64,000 bases of DNA from a virus (taxonomy: Duplodnaviria; Caudoviricetes): positions 1 to 64,000 of IMG/VR virus record IMGVR_UViG_3300036987_000100. The stretch is one strand, 5' to 3'. The notes beneath the pieces are model-generated. The model searched no databases. It worked only from the letters and a program-made list of their open reading frames with translations, and was not told the origin of the DNA. The translations under genes were made by a program, and so were the position numbers. Positions 24,376 through 32,772 of the stretch are shown in pieces. Each line of letters starts with the position of its first letter. Position 1 is the stretch's first letter.

Positions 24376-24724
24376 GCTCCGCGACCACATGGTCGCTGTG
24401 CCCCGAGAGAAAGCGGGCCTCTCGCTCCTGCAGCTCGTGGTCGAAGACCTCAAACACCTGGGCCCGCAACAGATGAGGGCTTACACCCGCGTCTAATGGC
24501 TTTGCGAGCGCGAGATGAATCAGCGCCCGAAAATACCGACGCAAGATATGAATATCGGCCAAGTCTAAATTTCCGGACCTAACAGCGGCATCTAACGCCG
24601 GAGCAAGCAGCAACATAATCCCTGTTCGGGTTGTCGGCGTCTTCTCGGCAGAGCTACCAGTAGTTGTGTCGCTCACGGGACCCCTCTTCGGGAGGCTTTT
24701 ACGCGGTGATAACCACATTGTCAA
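24362..24724 (-). CDS. hypothetical protein; start may be the ATG at 24616
   Basis: Co-oriented ORF. Confidence 0.5.
   Translation of the reverse strand: MTMWLSPRKSLPKRGPVSDTTTGSSAEKTPTTRTGIMLLLAPALDAAVRSGNLDLADIHILRRYFRALIHLALAKPLDAGVSPHLLRAQVFEVFDHELQEREARFLSGHSDHVVAELDKP
24381..24396. repeat. 16-bp palindrome copy 5 (GCGACCACATGGTCGC)
   Basis: Read directly; 5 bp upstream of a -35 box. Confidence 0.95.
24696..24724 (-). promoter_or_regulatory. sigma70-like promoter candidate
   Basis: TTGACA-N17-TAAAAG. Confidence 0.4.
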
Positions 24725-24972
24725 GGGGCATGAGGGCTTTGTTGCTTCTTTGCGGTACGTACGGAAGATTTAAGCTCGTGAAGCCACTGTTGCAAGAATC
24801 GAAACCTTGGAGAGTCGCCACGGCTTCTGGCTGCATTGCTTCTCGTGGTGAGATCTCGAATCAAAGCCTCTGCCTGCGGCAAGGTGTATGTCACCACCGG
24901 CTCCCCCTCGTCCTCAACGACCACAACACCGCGTAACAACTCAAACCGACAAGGACTCACGTGGTACTCCAT
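24721..24972 (-). CDS. hypothetical protein, 83 aa
   Basis: ATG at 24972; divergent from the lipoprotein gene. Confidence 0.5.
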   Translation of the reverse strand: MEYHVSPCRFELLRGVVVVEDEGEPVVTYTLPQAEALIRDLTTRSNAARSRGDSPRFRFLQQWLHELKSSVRTAKKQQSPHAP

Positions 24973-24974
24973 AA

Positions 24975-25006
24975 CTCTTGACAAGAGAAGTGCAATGTAG
25001 TACAAG
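24975..25006 (+). promoter_or_regulatory. sigma70-like promoter with a palindrome over the -35 box
   Basis: TTGACA(24978)-N17-TACAAG; CTCTTG-A-CAAGAG at 24975-24987. Confidence 0.6.
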
Positions 25007-25031
25007 CACACTTACAAAGGGGCAACACACC

Positions 25032-26399
25032 ATGGACTTCATTCGGGTTGCAATTCTGACTTGTGTACTGATGCTGCTGGGTTGCGGGGCTGCCCCGGCA
25101 GAGACGTGCACCCCGGGGCTGTCTGTCGCCTGCATCGGACCTGCTGGCTGCTCAGGGGGGCAGGTCTGCGACAAGGACGGCACCGGCTACCTCGCCTGCC
25201 AGTGCGCCCCCGCCGACAGCGGCGCTGGTGGCGGCACTGCTGCCGGTGGCGGGACTGGCGGCGGCAGCGGAGGGGGCTCAACCAACCCGTGCGAGGGCAT
25301 CACGTGCCCCACGCCTCCGGCTCCTATTTGTCTGACAGCGACGTCCGCGCGGACCTGGTCTCCTTCCGGCACCTGCTCCGGCGGGACGTGCAGTTACGTC
25401 TTCACGGACTCTGCCTGCCCCACTGGTTGCTCCGGAGGTGTCTGCAACCCCAACCCGTGCGGGGGCATCACCTGCAGCACTCCGCCCGCCCCCACCTGCG
25501 CGAGTGCCTCAACCCGGCGCGCCTACTCCTCGACTGGCACTTGCTCCAATGGCACCTGCAGCTACACCTTCACGGACTCCACGTGCCCCTACGGTTGCGC
25601 CGGAGGTACCTGCAACGCCAACCCCTGCACGACTACTACCTGTAACAGTCCTCCCGGTGCTTCGTGCACCACGCCCTCAACTCGGCGCGTCTATTCCTCG
25701 CCGGGGACTTGCACCGGAGGCGCATGCAGCTACTCCTTCACGGAGACGACGTGCCCCTATGGCTGCGCCGGAGGCGTGTGCAAGCCGGACCCCTGCGCCA
25801 GCATCACCTGCACCGCCCTCAGCCAGTGCCACCTGGTGGGGACGTGTAACTCCGCCACGGGCACCTGCTCCAACCCCCTCAAGGCCGCAGGCTCCAGTTG
25901 TGACGATGGAAACCTCTGCACCCTCAGCGACACCTGCAACTCCAGCGGCGTCTGCGTGGGCGGCACGACGAAGACGTGCCCTGCGGTGGATGCCGGGGTC
26001 GGCTTTTGTCAGGTGGGCGCCTGCGTCCCCTCCACCGGCCTCTGCGGCTCGATGCCGGGGCCCGACAACACCGTGTGCGTCGCAGACTTGCAAAACCGTC
26101 TGGGCATGTGCCGCAGCGGCATCTGCCGTCTCGGCGTCCTCGGGGCAATGTGCGGCACTACTTCGGTTCCCTGCTCGGAAGGGACTTGTGACGATGGCCG
26201 CGTTGGCAACCCCGACGGCACCAACGGCTACTGCGTCCCCTGCGGCGCTGCCGGGCAACTGTGCTGCCGGTACAGGGTCTACAGCGGCTACAACGTAGCT
26301 GCCAGCAACTGCTGGGAGGCCCAGAAGGACTATTGCTGCAACGTTGGCGCCACCTGCACCGGCCCCGGGGGGAACAACCCCATCGGCATGTGCCAATAA
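25032..26399 (+). CDS. Cys-rich repeat lipoprotein of myxobacterial style
   Basis: AAAGGGG upstream of ATG 25032; lipobox LLG-C; three 56-aa repeats with 8 Cys each; CDDGNLCT..DTC repeat; visibly GC-rich codons. Confidence 0.85.
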   Translation: MDFIRVAILTCVLMLLGCGAAPAETCTPGLSVACIGPAGCSGGQVCDKDGTGYLACQCAPADSGAGGGTAAGGGTGGGSGGGSTNPCEGITCPTPPAPICLTATSARTWSPSGTCSGGTCSYVFTDSACPTGCSGGVCNPNPCGGITCSTPPAPTCASASTRRAYSSTGTCSNGTCSYTFTDSTCPYGCAGGTCNANPCTTTTCNSPPGASCTTPSTRRVYSSPGTCTGGACSYSFTETTCPYGCAGGVCKPDPCASITCTALSQCHLVGTCNSATGTCSNPLKAAGSSCDDGNLCTLSDTCNSSGVCVGGTTKTCPAVDAGVGFCQVGACVPSTGLCGSMPGPDNTVCVADLQNRLGMCRSGICRLGVLGAMCGTTSVPCSEGTCDDGRVGNPDGTNGYCVPCGAAGQLCCRYRVYSGYNVAASNCWEAQKDYCCNVGATCTGPGGNNPIGMCQ

Positions 26400-26400
26400 C

Positions 26401-26631
26401 TCAGTGGTACACGGGGGGATGGCAGCAGCGGACGGACTCCGTCAGCGCCTCGACAATGGCCTGCGTGGACATCGTCGCCATCGCCTCGGGATGCACCCTC
26501 ACGCAACAGCCGCAACCCAGCGCGAGGACTCCACGACTCTCCTCAAGGTACCTGCGGACTGATGCCAGGGGGTCTTGAGGTACCTCAACTTGGGACACAG
26601 AACAATCAACGGACATCGAACCCCCTCGCAC
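26401..26631 (-). CDS. small hypothetical protein
   Basis: Convergent with the lipoprotein gene, stops abutting. Confidence 0.4.
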   Translation of the reverse strand: MRGGSMSVDCSVSQVEVPQDPLASVRRYLEESRGVLALGCGCCVRVHPEAMATMSTQAIVEALTESVRCCHPPVYH

Positions 26632-26713
26632 GAGTAAGTAGACTGCCCGTTAGTACCGGGTCTTCCTCTGAGTGTCCATCACTACCTGAGGCAGTAGGAG
26701 CGAGCTACGCAGC

Positions 26714-27244
26714 CTACGGGTTTTCGGTCGCCTTGAAGGCGGGCACAACTCCGTAAACTATACCTATGACGGCTGCAATTCCGGTTACCATTCCGAAGGC
26801 TACGCCAATTTCCATGGCATGAAGCTGAAACCAACTAGGCTGCATCCGTTGGATGGTTTCACTGGCGTCCCGGAGGCGGGCCTCATAGAGGGCGCGCTGT
26901 GCAGAGAATACCGCCCTGTCCGCGATGTAGTTGGCTCGAAGTTGAACGTAGCCAAGTTGGAAGAGCTTCAGCCTCGTAATTCTTTCCTCGGAAACAAGGA
27001 GGCCCCCGCGCCCTGGGCACGGCGTAGTGGCGGATGGTGCTATTTCCCCGTCCTTACCAATGCACTCCTCTTCGTCAAGAGGGATTATCCAATCCCCGTC
27101 CCTCGGCTCCACCTTCTCCGTGGATGGATCTACAGGAAGTGGCTGGGCCTCCACCCACTTCGCTTCGGGAATAGTCAATGGGACGGGTGCCAGCGTGGCG
27201 CAGCTCGAAAGCAGCGCCAGCAGGGCTAAGCAACCTCGCCGCAT
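26714..27244 (-). CDS. unimolecular spanin candidate, 176 aa
   Basis: MRRGCLALLALLSS-C lipobox plus C-terminal TM segment IGVAFGMVTGIAAVIGIVYGVV. Confidence 0.65.
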   Translation of the reverse strand: MRRGCLALLALLSSCATLAPVPLTIPEAKWVEAQPLPVDPSTEKVEPRDGDWIIPLDEEECIGKDGEIAPSATTPCPGRGGLLVSEERITRLKLFQLGYVQLRANYIADRAVFSAQRALYEARLRDASETIQRMQPSWFQLHAMEIGVAFGMVTGIAAVIGIVYGVVPAFKATENP

Positions 27245-27245
27245 G

Positions 27246-27647
27246 TTACTGCGCCTTAAGCAGCTTAGCCCGAAGCTTGTCTGCCTTATCGGTGTGGAAG
27301 CCCACTTGAGTGGTGTAGTGATGCAGGTCCCCCGAGCCACGGCCGGGTCCGTATTTACGTCCCGGGGTCTTCGGTTTGGTTGCCTTCTCGACTTCAGCCG
27401 CGCGGTTCCGGTTCGCGTCAGCAGCCGCTCGGTGAAGATCATGAAGCGTCTTCAGATTCTTGGCCTTCTGCTTCGGAGTCAAATTCTTACCCGTATGCAG
27501 CTTATACTTCCCGAAAAGCTCCTTAACCTTCACCTCGCCGGGTCCGGACCTGACGGCGTCCAAGCTAAAAGCCCTTGGGTCCCGTCCCGTCTTCTTCAGT
27601 GACTCGATTTCCGCCAGCACCGCCATTGCTTCCATGAGTGTATTCAT
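27246..27647 (-). CDS. hypothetical basic protein, 133 aa
   Basis: AGGAG upstream of the ATG; abuts the next gene. Confidence 0.65.
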   Translation of the reverse strand: MNTLMEAMAVLAEIESLKKTGRDPRAFSLDAVRSGPGEVKVKELFGKYKLHTGKNLTPKQKAKNLKTLHDLHRAAADANRNRAAEVEKATKPKTPGRKYGPGRGSGDLHHYTTQVGFHTDKADKLRAKLLKAQ

Positions 27648-27791
27648 TCTTTTTCTCCTGTTTGGCCAGAGCCTTCATGCGCTCCAAGCGTTTTAGCAAC
27701 AACTCGTAGCCTTTGTCGTCCCCACCGGGGCACGGTCCAGCAAGTCAGGTCTTTTTAGTACCTGGCGCCATTCCAGGCTTCCAACGAATTT

Positions 27792-27968
27792 TCACGGAGT
27801 CTCTTCGCCTTTTTCGGACACAGAAGCGTCGTCATCTGCCGTCGCTTCTGGAATACCAGCAAGCTTCCGCTGCTCCGCCAAAGACAACGGAGCCTCTGGC
27901 TTCGGAGCAGGGTGAATCAGCGCCAACCGCTCCATCTGCTTCAGCAACTCTTCTTGCAACGAACCCAT
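27792..27968 (-). CDS. small hypothetical protein, 58 aa (MGSLQEELLKQMERLAL...)
   Basis: Translated by hand; below the ORF-track cutoff; GAGG upstream. Confidence 0.5.
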   Translation of the reverse strand: MGSLQEELLKQMERLALIHPAPKPEAPLSLAEQRKLAGIPEATADDDASVSEKGEETP

Positions 27969-28025
27969 CTATGCCTCTTAGGTGTGAACTGCGGGAAAGC
28001 AACTAGAATGCAATATGCCACGGGA

Positions 28026-28253
28026 TTACCTGGGGCGGAAGTACACTTGTAAGTCGTCTCCGGGCCTGGGGGCCTCCATGAGCTGAATTTTACTGGCGCC
28101 GTGCTCCACCCAGCCCCCACTTGAGTCTCGGCGCAATACAAACCCATTCAGAAACACCAAGGTGCTCCCTGGAACGTAGTCTCCACTCGTCCGAAAGTGG
28201 ACGTTGACTCCATCAACTTCGCCAATGGCGGGCGTAACCATACCCTTAAGCAC
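28026..28253 (-). CDS. small virion-type protein, paralog of 53596-54042
   Basis: DGVN..F...Y...T.VF.NG...RRD...GW.E...EAP.PGD. Confidence 0.65.
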   Translation of the reverse strand: MLKGMVTPAIGEVDGVNVHFRTSGDYVPGSTLVFLNGFVLRRDSSGGWVEHGASKIQLMEAPRPGDDLQVYFRPR

Positions 28254-28259
28254 CTGGAG

Positions 28260-28373
28260 CTACCTCGGCCCAAAAAATCCAGTCTGGATGAACTTCATCG
28301 GCGTGGCCGCTCCCGGAGCAGGCCAATACACCGGAGCAAACATTACTCTGGAAAAGTACGCTCTAGGAAACAT
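28260..28373 (-). CDS. 37-aa aromatic-rich peptide (MFPRAYFSRVMFAPVYW...)
   Basis: ATG at 28373 overlapping the upstream gene's 3' end; fills the gap. Confidence 0.45.
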   Translation of the reverse strand: MFPRAYFSRVMFAPVYWPAPGAATPMKFIQTGFFGPR

Positions 28374-29778
28374 CAGTAGTAACTCCCGTGCGGTTGCCGT
28401 CTTCGTCCACGGTAGCAATGATGCGGTCCTTGGTATCCCCCACGTTTCGAATGACAACAGGGCCAGCGGGGGCTCCAGAGAGCTTACCTGCAAGGGCTGC
28501 CGTGACGATACGCATCGCTTCGCGGAGCGACATCCCGGATTCGAGACTATTCTGCTGGTCCCATTCACTGGCACTGCGTGGCTCTGCTGCATTGAGCGTG
28601 AAAATATCGGTGGGGTTGCTGTGAATTGCTGTTCCGGCAAGAACAACCACTTGTGTGGTATTCGCGTCCACCGATACACCGTAGCGGAGGTTATCGTGGA
28701 TATTGACGTCCACGAGCCGGATGATGCGAGTCGAGTTCGTCGGATTGCCGGGGTCGCCGGTCAACTCAATGCCGTCCCTGTTGTTCAAGTAGTAATTCCC
28801 TCCAACAACAGTGATTTCTCTCGGACTGCCGGTGGGGAGTCCTGCGTCTTCCGTCTTGAGCGCCGAGCCGCCCATCTTCTCGGACTCACAACCGTGAAGC
28901 TCGTGGTAGTCGCCGCCCCTGAACAAGAACCCGTTTCCGGTCCCGGCCTGTGTACCCACCAAGTAAAGACGTGTAGCTTCAAAGAACTTACCGTTGGTCA
29001 CTATACAGTCGTCGGAGGTGCTCCCTACGGGCGCGCGGACGATAAACCCCGACATGGAACAGTTGTTACCGTTCACCGTTAGTACTGCTCCTTGGTCGGG
29101 CGTCGTCGGCTGAAACTGGAATCCACGCCCAGGCCCCCGTAGGTGAACGTCCTCTTTATTGATGACAACACGTTCGGTGATCGTCGTAGTCCCAGAGTCC
29201 TGTGACACGAGGTAAATCACGTCTCCGCGTCCGCTAACGACGACGTCCAGAGCGTGCGTTAATGTGGCGAAAGCCTGCGGTACCGTATCGCCGCTGTTCA
29301 AGTCAGACCCATATACTGGGTCTACGTAAAAGGCCGCACCGACACCTTGATGTGTGTGCCTCAGAGTCTCTACGCCCCACCGTACTTGTTCGACCCCCGC
29401 TTCCAGTTCACGAGCATGCACAAGTCCGGCGGAGTTCGCGGTACGGATGGACACAGAGTTAAGATTCGTGACGTCCGCGATGTTAGAGTTACCTCCAGCG
29501 ATATTTACGATGTAAATACCGTCTTCAAATGTAATAGTGTACCCGTTGATGAGTTCGATGACGCGCGCCAGTGTAACGCCGCCGATGCTGACGGGCGGAT
29601 TGTGTACGTGCGTCGTTGGGAACGGTATGCCGGCGTCGTCGTCTTCGAGATCCTTAAGGCGAAGGCGGAGAACGTCTACGTCGAGTTCCCGTATCTCCGA
29701 CGGGCTAGCTTGTACAAGTACGGTGTCTGCCTTCGGCACGTAGATGACGCGCGTGCCCCAATCAATCGTAATCGCCAT
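28363..29778 (-). CDS. virion protein with a right-handed beta-helix-like middle domain
   Basis: FYVDPVYGSD.N.G...AFATLTHAL...GDVIYL followed by Asn/Gly ladder-like segments. Confidence 0.75.
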   Translation of the reverse strand: MAITIDWGTRVIYVPKADTVLVQASPSEIRELDVDVLRLRLKDLEDDDAGIPFPTTHVHNPPVSIGGVTLARVIELINGYTITFEDGIYIVNIAGGNSNIADVTNLNSVSIRTANSAGLVHARELEAGVEQVRWGVETLRHTHQGVGAAFYVDPVYGSDLNSGDTVPQAFATLTHALDVVVSGRGDVIYLVSQDSGTTTITERVVINKEDVHLRGPGRGFQFQPTTPDQGAVLTVNGNNCSMSGFIVRAPVGSTSDDCIVTNGKFFEATRLYLVGTQAGTGNGFLFRGGDYHELHGCESEKMGGSALKTEDAGLPTGSPREITVVGGNYYLNNRDGIELTGDPGNPTNSTRIIRLVDVNIHDNLRYGVSVDANTTQVVVLAGTAIHSNPTDIFTLNAAEPRSASEWDQQNSLESGMSLREAMRIVTAALAGKLSGAPAGPVVIRNVGDTKDRIIATVDEDGNRTGVTTDVS

Positions 29779-29781
29779 GGA

Positions 29782-29982
29782 TTAGCCCTTCGACGTAGGG
29801 CCGGTACCCCGCAATGAAATCCGCTGGACCAGGGCTTGGCGCTCCAGCTCTCCTACGCGGTTAACCAGCATGGCGTTAGTTTCGGACATCGCGTTGACCT
29901 GCTTTTGCAGCTCGCGATGCGCTGTTTCGAGCGTCTTCAAAACGTCTGCGACCGCCTTCAAGTTTCGCTCATTCAGATTCAT
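29782..29982 (-). CDS. small coiled-coil protein
   Basis: Heptad-like sequence; packed in the operon. Confidence 0.6.
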   Translation of the reverse strand: MNLNERNLKAVADVLKTLETAHRELQKQVNAMSETNAMLVNRVGELERQALVQRISLRGTGPTSKG

Positions 29983-30139
29983 CGGACTCTTCCGGTTGGG
30001 GAGGCACGGGTGGTGGAGGGATTACCACAGAACTACCTCCGAGGCCAAAACGACGAGGTATCGGCCTCCGGATTTCACGGTCGCACTGCACACAACCCGG
30101 CACCGGGTTGGTCGCGGAATCGTGTGTGGTGTGGTCCAT
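29969..30139 (-). CDS. 56-aa protein with CVQC and poly-Pro
   Basis: Translated by hand; TGATG overlap with the upstream stop. Confidence 0.45.
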   Translation of the reverse strand: MDHTTHDSATNPVPGCVQCDREIRRPIPRRFGLGGSSVVIPPPPVPPQPEESDESE

Positions 30140-32763
30140 CACTCATCCCGAATCAATTGCACCGTTAGGCTCAACCCCGCTGTACTACTGATTGTACCGG
30201 CCACTGGGGCTGTCTTGTAAAGAACCCCTGTAGGGGCGTAGGGGTTGTCTTCATCGAACGGGCCGTCGGTGTCCGTAGACCAAGAGCCTGCGCCTGTCGT
30301 ATTCAGGTTAGTCCCGGTAGCGGCTGTGAGCTTGGTCGTATCGTCCACCAAGGGATACCGGCCCGTGAGGTTTACCGTGTTAGCCGGGGTGCGCCAGCCA
30401 TCACGTTCAGCCTCAATCTGCGTCGAGTTGAGTTCCGTGTTCCAGATACGGACTTCCGTGAGAGAGCCCAGGTGCTGATCGCCGAAGACGTTACCGCCGC
30501 CGATGAAGATGTTCGTGATGGCATCAGTATCGTCAACTGATGTAGCTACTTGAGAGGTAATGGTACCCGCCTGCGCTCCGCCGACGTACCCAGTAAGCTG
30601 GCGCGTTGCCCCGGACTGCGTCATGGCAAAAAAGTACCAAGTATCCAAGGACACCGTTGCAATGGATGAGGACGAGCCGAGGTTCGACCCCACCCGGACC
30701 TCGCCGCTGGTGTTGACGAAGATGGTATTGTACGCGTTGGCAGCGGTAGTCGGCGTGAGAAGTAAACTCTGCGCCGCATTACTGCTCCGTTTGAACCAGC
30801 CACAAATCGTGTAAGCCGTCTTCAGGTTTGTAGGGACGTCGGTCTGTTGTGTGAGCTTGTCCGTGTTGGTGTCGAAGTCACCGAGCGCCGTCGTCTCAAT
30901 TGGTGACGGAGGCGGGGGAGCACTGGCGCGACGAACGCGGCCTACAACAGGCTGCGCTGAGGCCCACGAACGTGTTTCGTCGAGAAGCCCGGCCGCACTC
31001 GTTAACCCTTGAAGTACCACACCAGTAGCGAGAATGGTCCCTGTAGCGGGTGTCGCAGGGGCTCCGGTAACTATGTAGCTGTAGCTGTTGGCATTGATGT
31101 AGGTAGTCGTAAAGACGCCGTTGTACTCCGGCTGGTTGGCTCCCTTAATCATCACCTTCGTACCATCAGGGATGCCGTGAGCGGTGTGCGAAACAGTTGC
31201 TACAGAGCTTGCCCTGGTAATTGTCACGGACTCGTTCGACGGTAGCGGTCCCGTGTTGTCCGACGCATAAAGAAGGACTCTGGCATTCTCTATGGGCTCG
31301 CTATTAACGATGTCCCGCACCGTGATAGCGGTAGTGACTGGGTCGATTACCAGTGTAGTGGAGGATCCGCCGCCGATGTCCTCGTACGTCGGCGTAGTGC
31401 TATCTACCACGTTAATGGTGATGGCCCCGCCAGACTCGTTCCGCACGTCGAAAGTGTTACTGCCGAAGGTGAGGCTAGTGAATGCGAACGGTGATCCTGT
31501 GGCGCTTTCGAACACAATGGCCCGGCTGTTGTTAACGAAGAGGCACTCTTGGAGGTTTGTAGTGCTCTCCCAGAGGTAGGCTCCGTCGTCCACAGCGGCG
31601 ACGCTGTTGAGAATGTTGCAAGTACGCATCTCCATATTGGAGCGCAGCCGACCACAGCCGTCGAAGGTACACGCAAACAGGTCGTCGTCGTCGATCCCCG
31701 TTCCGTAGAGATCCACGCCACCCTCAAACCCTACGAAGCTGCTGGCGTAGAGACTCAACGCCATCGTCGCGTCGCTCGCAGCCACCCCTGCTAGTGAGCG
31801 ACCTGGTGTTGTGAGGTCCGGGTTGCTCGCACAGATGAACAGCGAGCCCGAGCGCCCCGAGTTAGACCCGGCGAGTACCCCGAAATCGATAGCAGTAGTA
31901 CCGGTGCCGCCCTGGACGGCAACTCCATTGTACGTCGTGAGGCCGTCTGCACCTGCCGTAGCCCCTACCGACGCATCGGGGATAGCCTTCACCTTAGAGG
32001 CCGCCGCGTTGCGGTAGAATGGGGTCTCCCACACCACCGTCTCACCCCGGCTACTGAAGGCTGTGTTGGAGGTGGCGTGCCCAAGGATGATTTTCCCTTT
32101 GACGTAGTACACACCAGCACGCACGGTGATAATGCCCCAGCGGTTGGTGCGCGCCGAATCGTAAGCAACGGCAGCGATTTCCTTGAAGCCCTCGCCAGTC
32201 GCTGTGTTGGTGCCAGAGACGTAAATCTCCCCGCGACCGTAGGAGATTTGATCGATGCCAAAGTTCTGACCCTTCGCGTTGGCGGTCGTCTTAATGGTGC
32301 CGCCGAAGTACTGTACCGAGGCAGCATTGTAAGTACCCGTGTCCGCTGTACCTGCGCTCTGGGGATCGATGACGTAACAGACCCAACCATCCGTTGCGAC
32401 GACGGTATCATTCCCGCCGACAATCCAAGTCCGGTAGTTCGTGGTATTCGTCCCCAGCCAGACCTTTACGCCGCCGTTCGCGAGCGTATCCGTGAGGCCG
32501 GGGGTCGTCACGTACATCCAGATGTAGACCAGCTTGTCCTGGTGCGTGCCAGTCGTGAAGTTGATGCCGGTCCCGTTATTGAACCACATCCCCTTCTCTG
32601 TGGCCGCACCGGACACACCACGAGAGATGCTGTTGGAGCCTTGGACGTAGTAGTCGGGCTCCAACGCCATCGCGCCCGCGCCACCAGCGCCGATGCTCAC
32701 CCAGTTGGTGAGCACTTCGGCGGTGGAAAGCACCGTCAAGTCTGTGGTGACGGTGAGCGGCAC
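30139..32763 (-). CDS. virion/tail protein with a LamG-like domain near the C-terminus
   Basis: YTICGWFK...WYFFAMT...SLTEVRIWNTELNSTQI; HGIPDGTKVMIKGA...YNGVF module. Confidence 0.8.
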   Translation of the reverse strand: MPLTVTTDLTVLSTAEVLTNWVSIGAGGAGAMALEPDYYVQGSNSISRGVSGAATEKGMWFNNGTGINFTTGTHQDKLVYIWMYVTTPGLTDTLANGGVKVWLGTNTTNYRTWIVGGNDTVVATDGWVCYVIDPQSAGTADTGTYNAASVQYFGGTIKTTANAKGQNFGIDQISYGRGEIYVSGTNTATGEGFKEIAAVAYDSARTNRWGIITVRAGVYYVKGKIILGHATSNTAFSSRGETVVWETPFYRNAAASKVKAIPDASVGATAGADGLTTYNGVAVQGGTGTTAIDFGVLAGSNSGRSGSLFICASNPDLTTPGRSLAGVAASDATMALSLYASSFVGFEGGVDLYGTGIDDDDLFACTFDGCGRLRSNMEMRTCNILNSVAAVDDGAYLWESTTNLQECLFVNNSRAIVFESATGSPFAFTSLTFGSNTFDVRNESGGAITINVVDSTTPTYEDIGGGSSTTLVIDPVTTAITVRDIVNSEPIENARVLLYASDNTGPLPSNESVTITRASSVATVSHTAHGIPDGTKVMIKGANQPEYNGVFTTTYINANSYSYIVTGAPATPATGTILATGVVLQGLTSAAGLLDETRSWASAQPVVGRVRRASAPPPPSPIETTALGDFDTNTDKLTQQTDVPTNLKTAYTICGWFKRSSNAAQSLLLTPTTAANAYNTIFVNTSGEVRVGSNLGSSSSIATVSLDTWYFFAMTQSGATRQLTGYVGGAQAGTITSQVATSVDDTDAITNIFIGGGNVFGDQHLGSLTEVRIWNTELNSTQIEAERDGWRTPANTVNLTGRYPLVDDTTKLTAATGTNLNTTGAGSWSTDTDGPFDEDNPYAPTGVLYKTAPVAGTISSTAGLSLTVQLIRDE

Positions 32764-32772
32764 CGTGTATCC

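Noticed and set aside
24136-24453. 105-aa ORF across the sRNA candidate
   Set aside because: It crosses a strong terminator and two promoters and has no motif.
25039-26578. Many alternative-frame and antisense ORFs over the lipoprotein gene
   Set aside because: Expected from GC-rich, stop-poor repetitive sequence.
27650-27795. Possible TGA read-through or selenocysteine ORF (KIRWKPGMAPGTKKT*LAGPCPGG...)
   Set aside because: Short, with no SECIS-like hairpin or redox motif seen; several frames are equally plausible.
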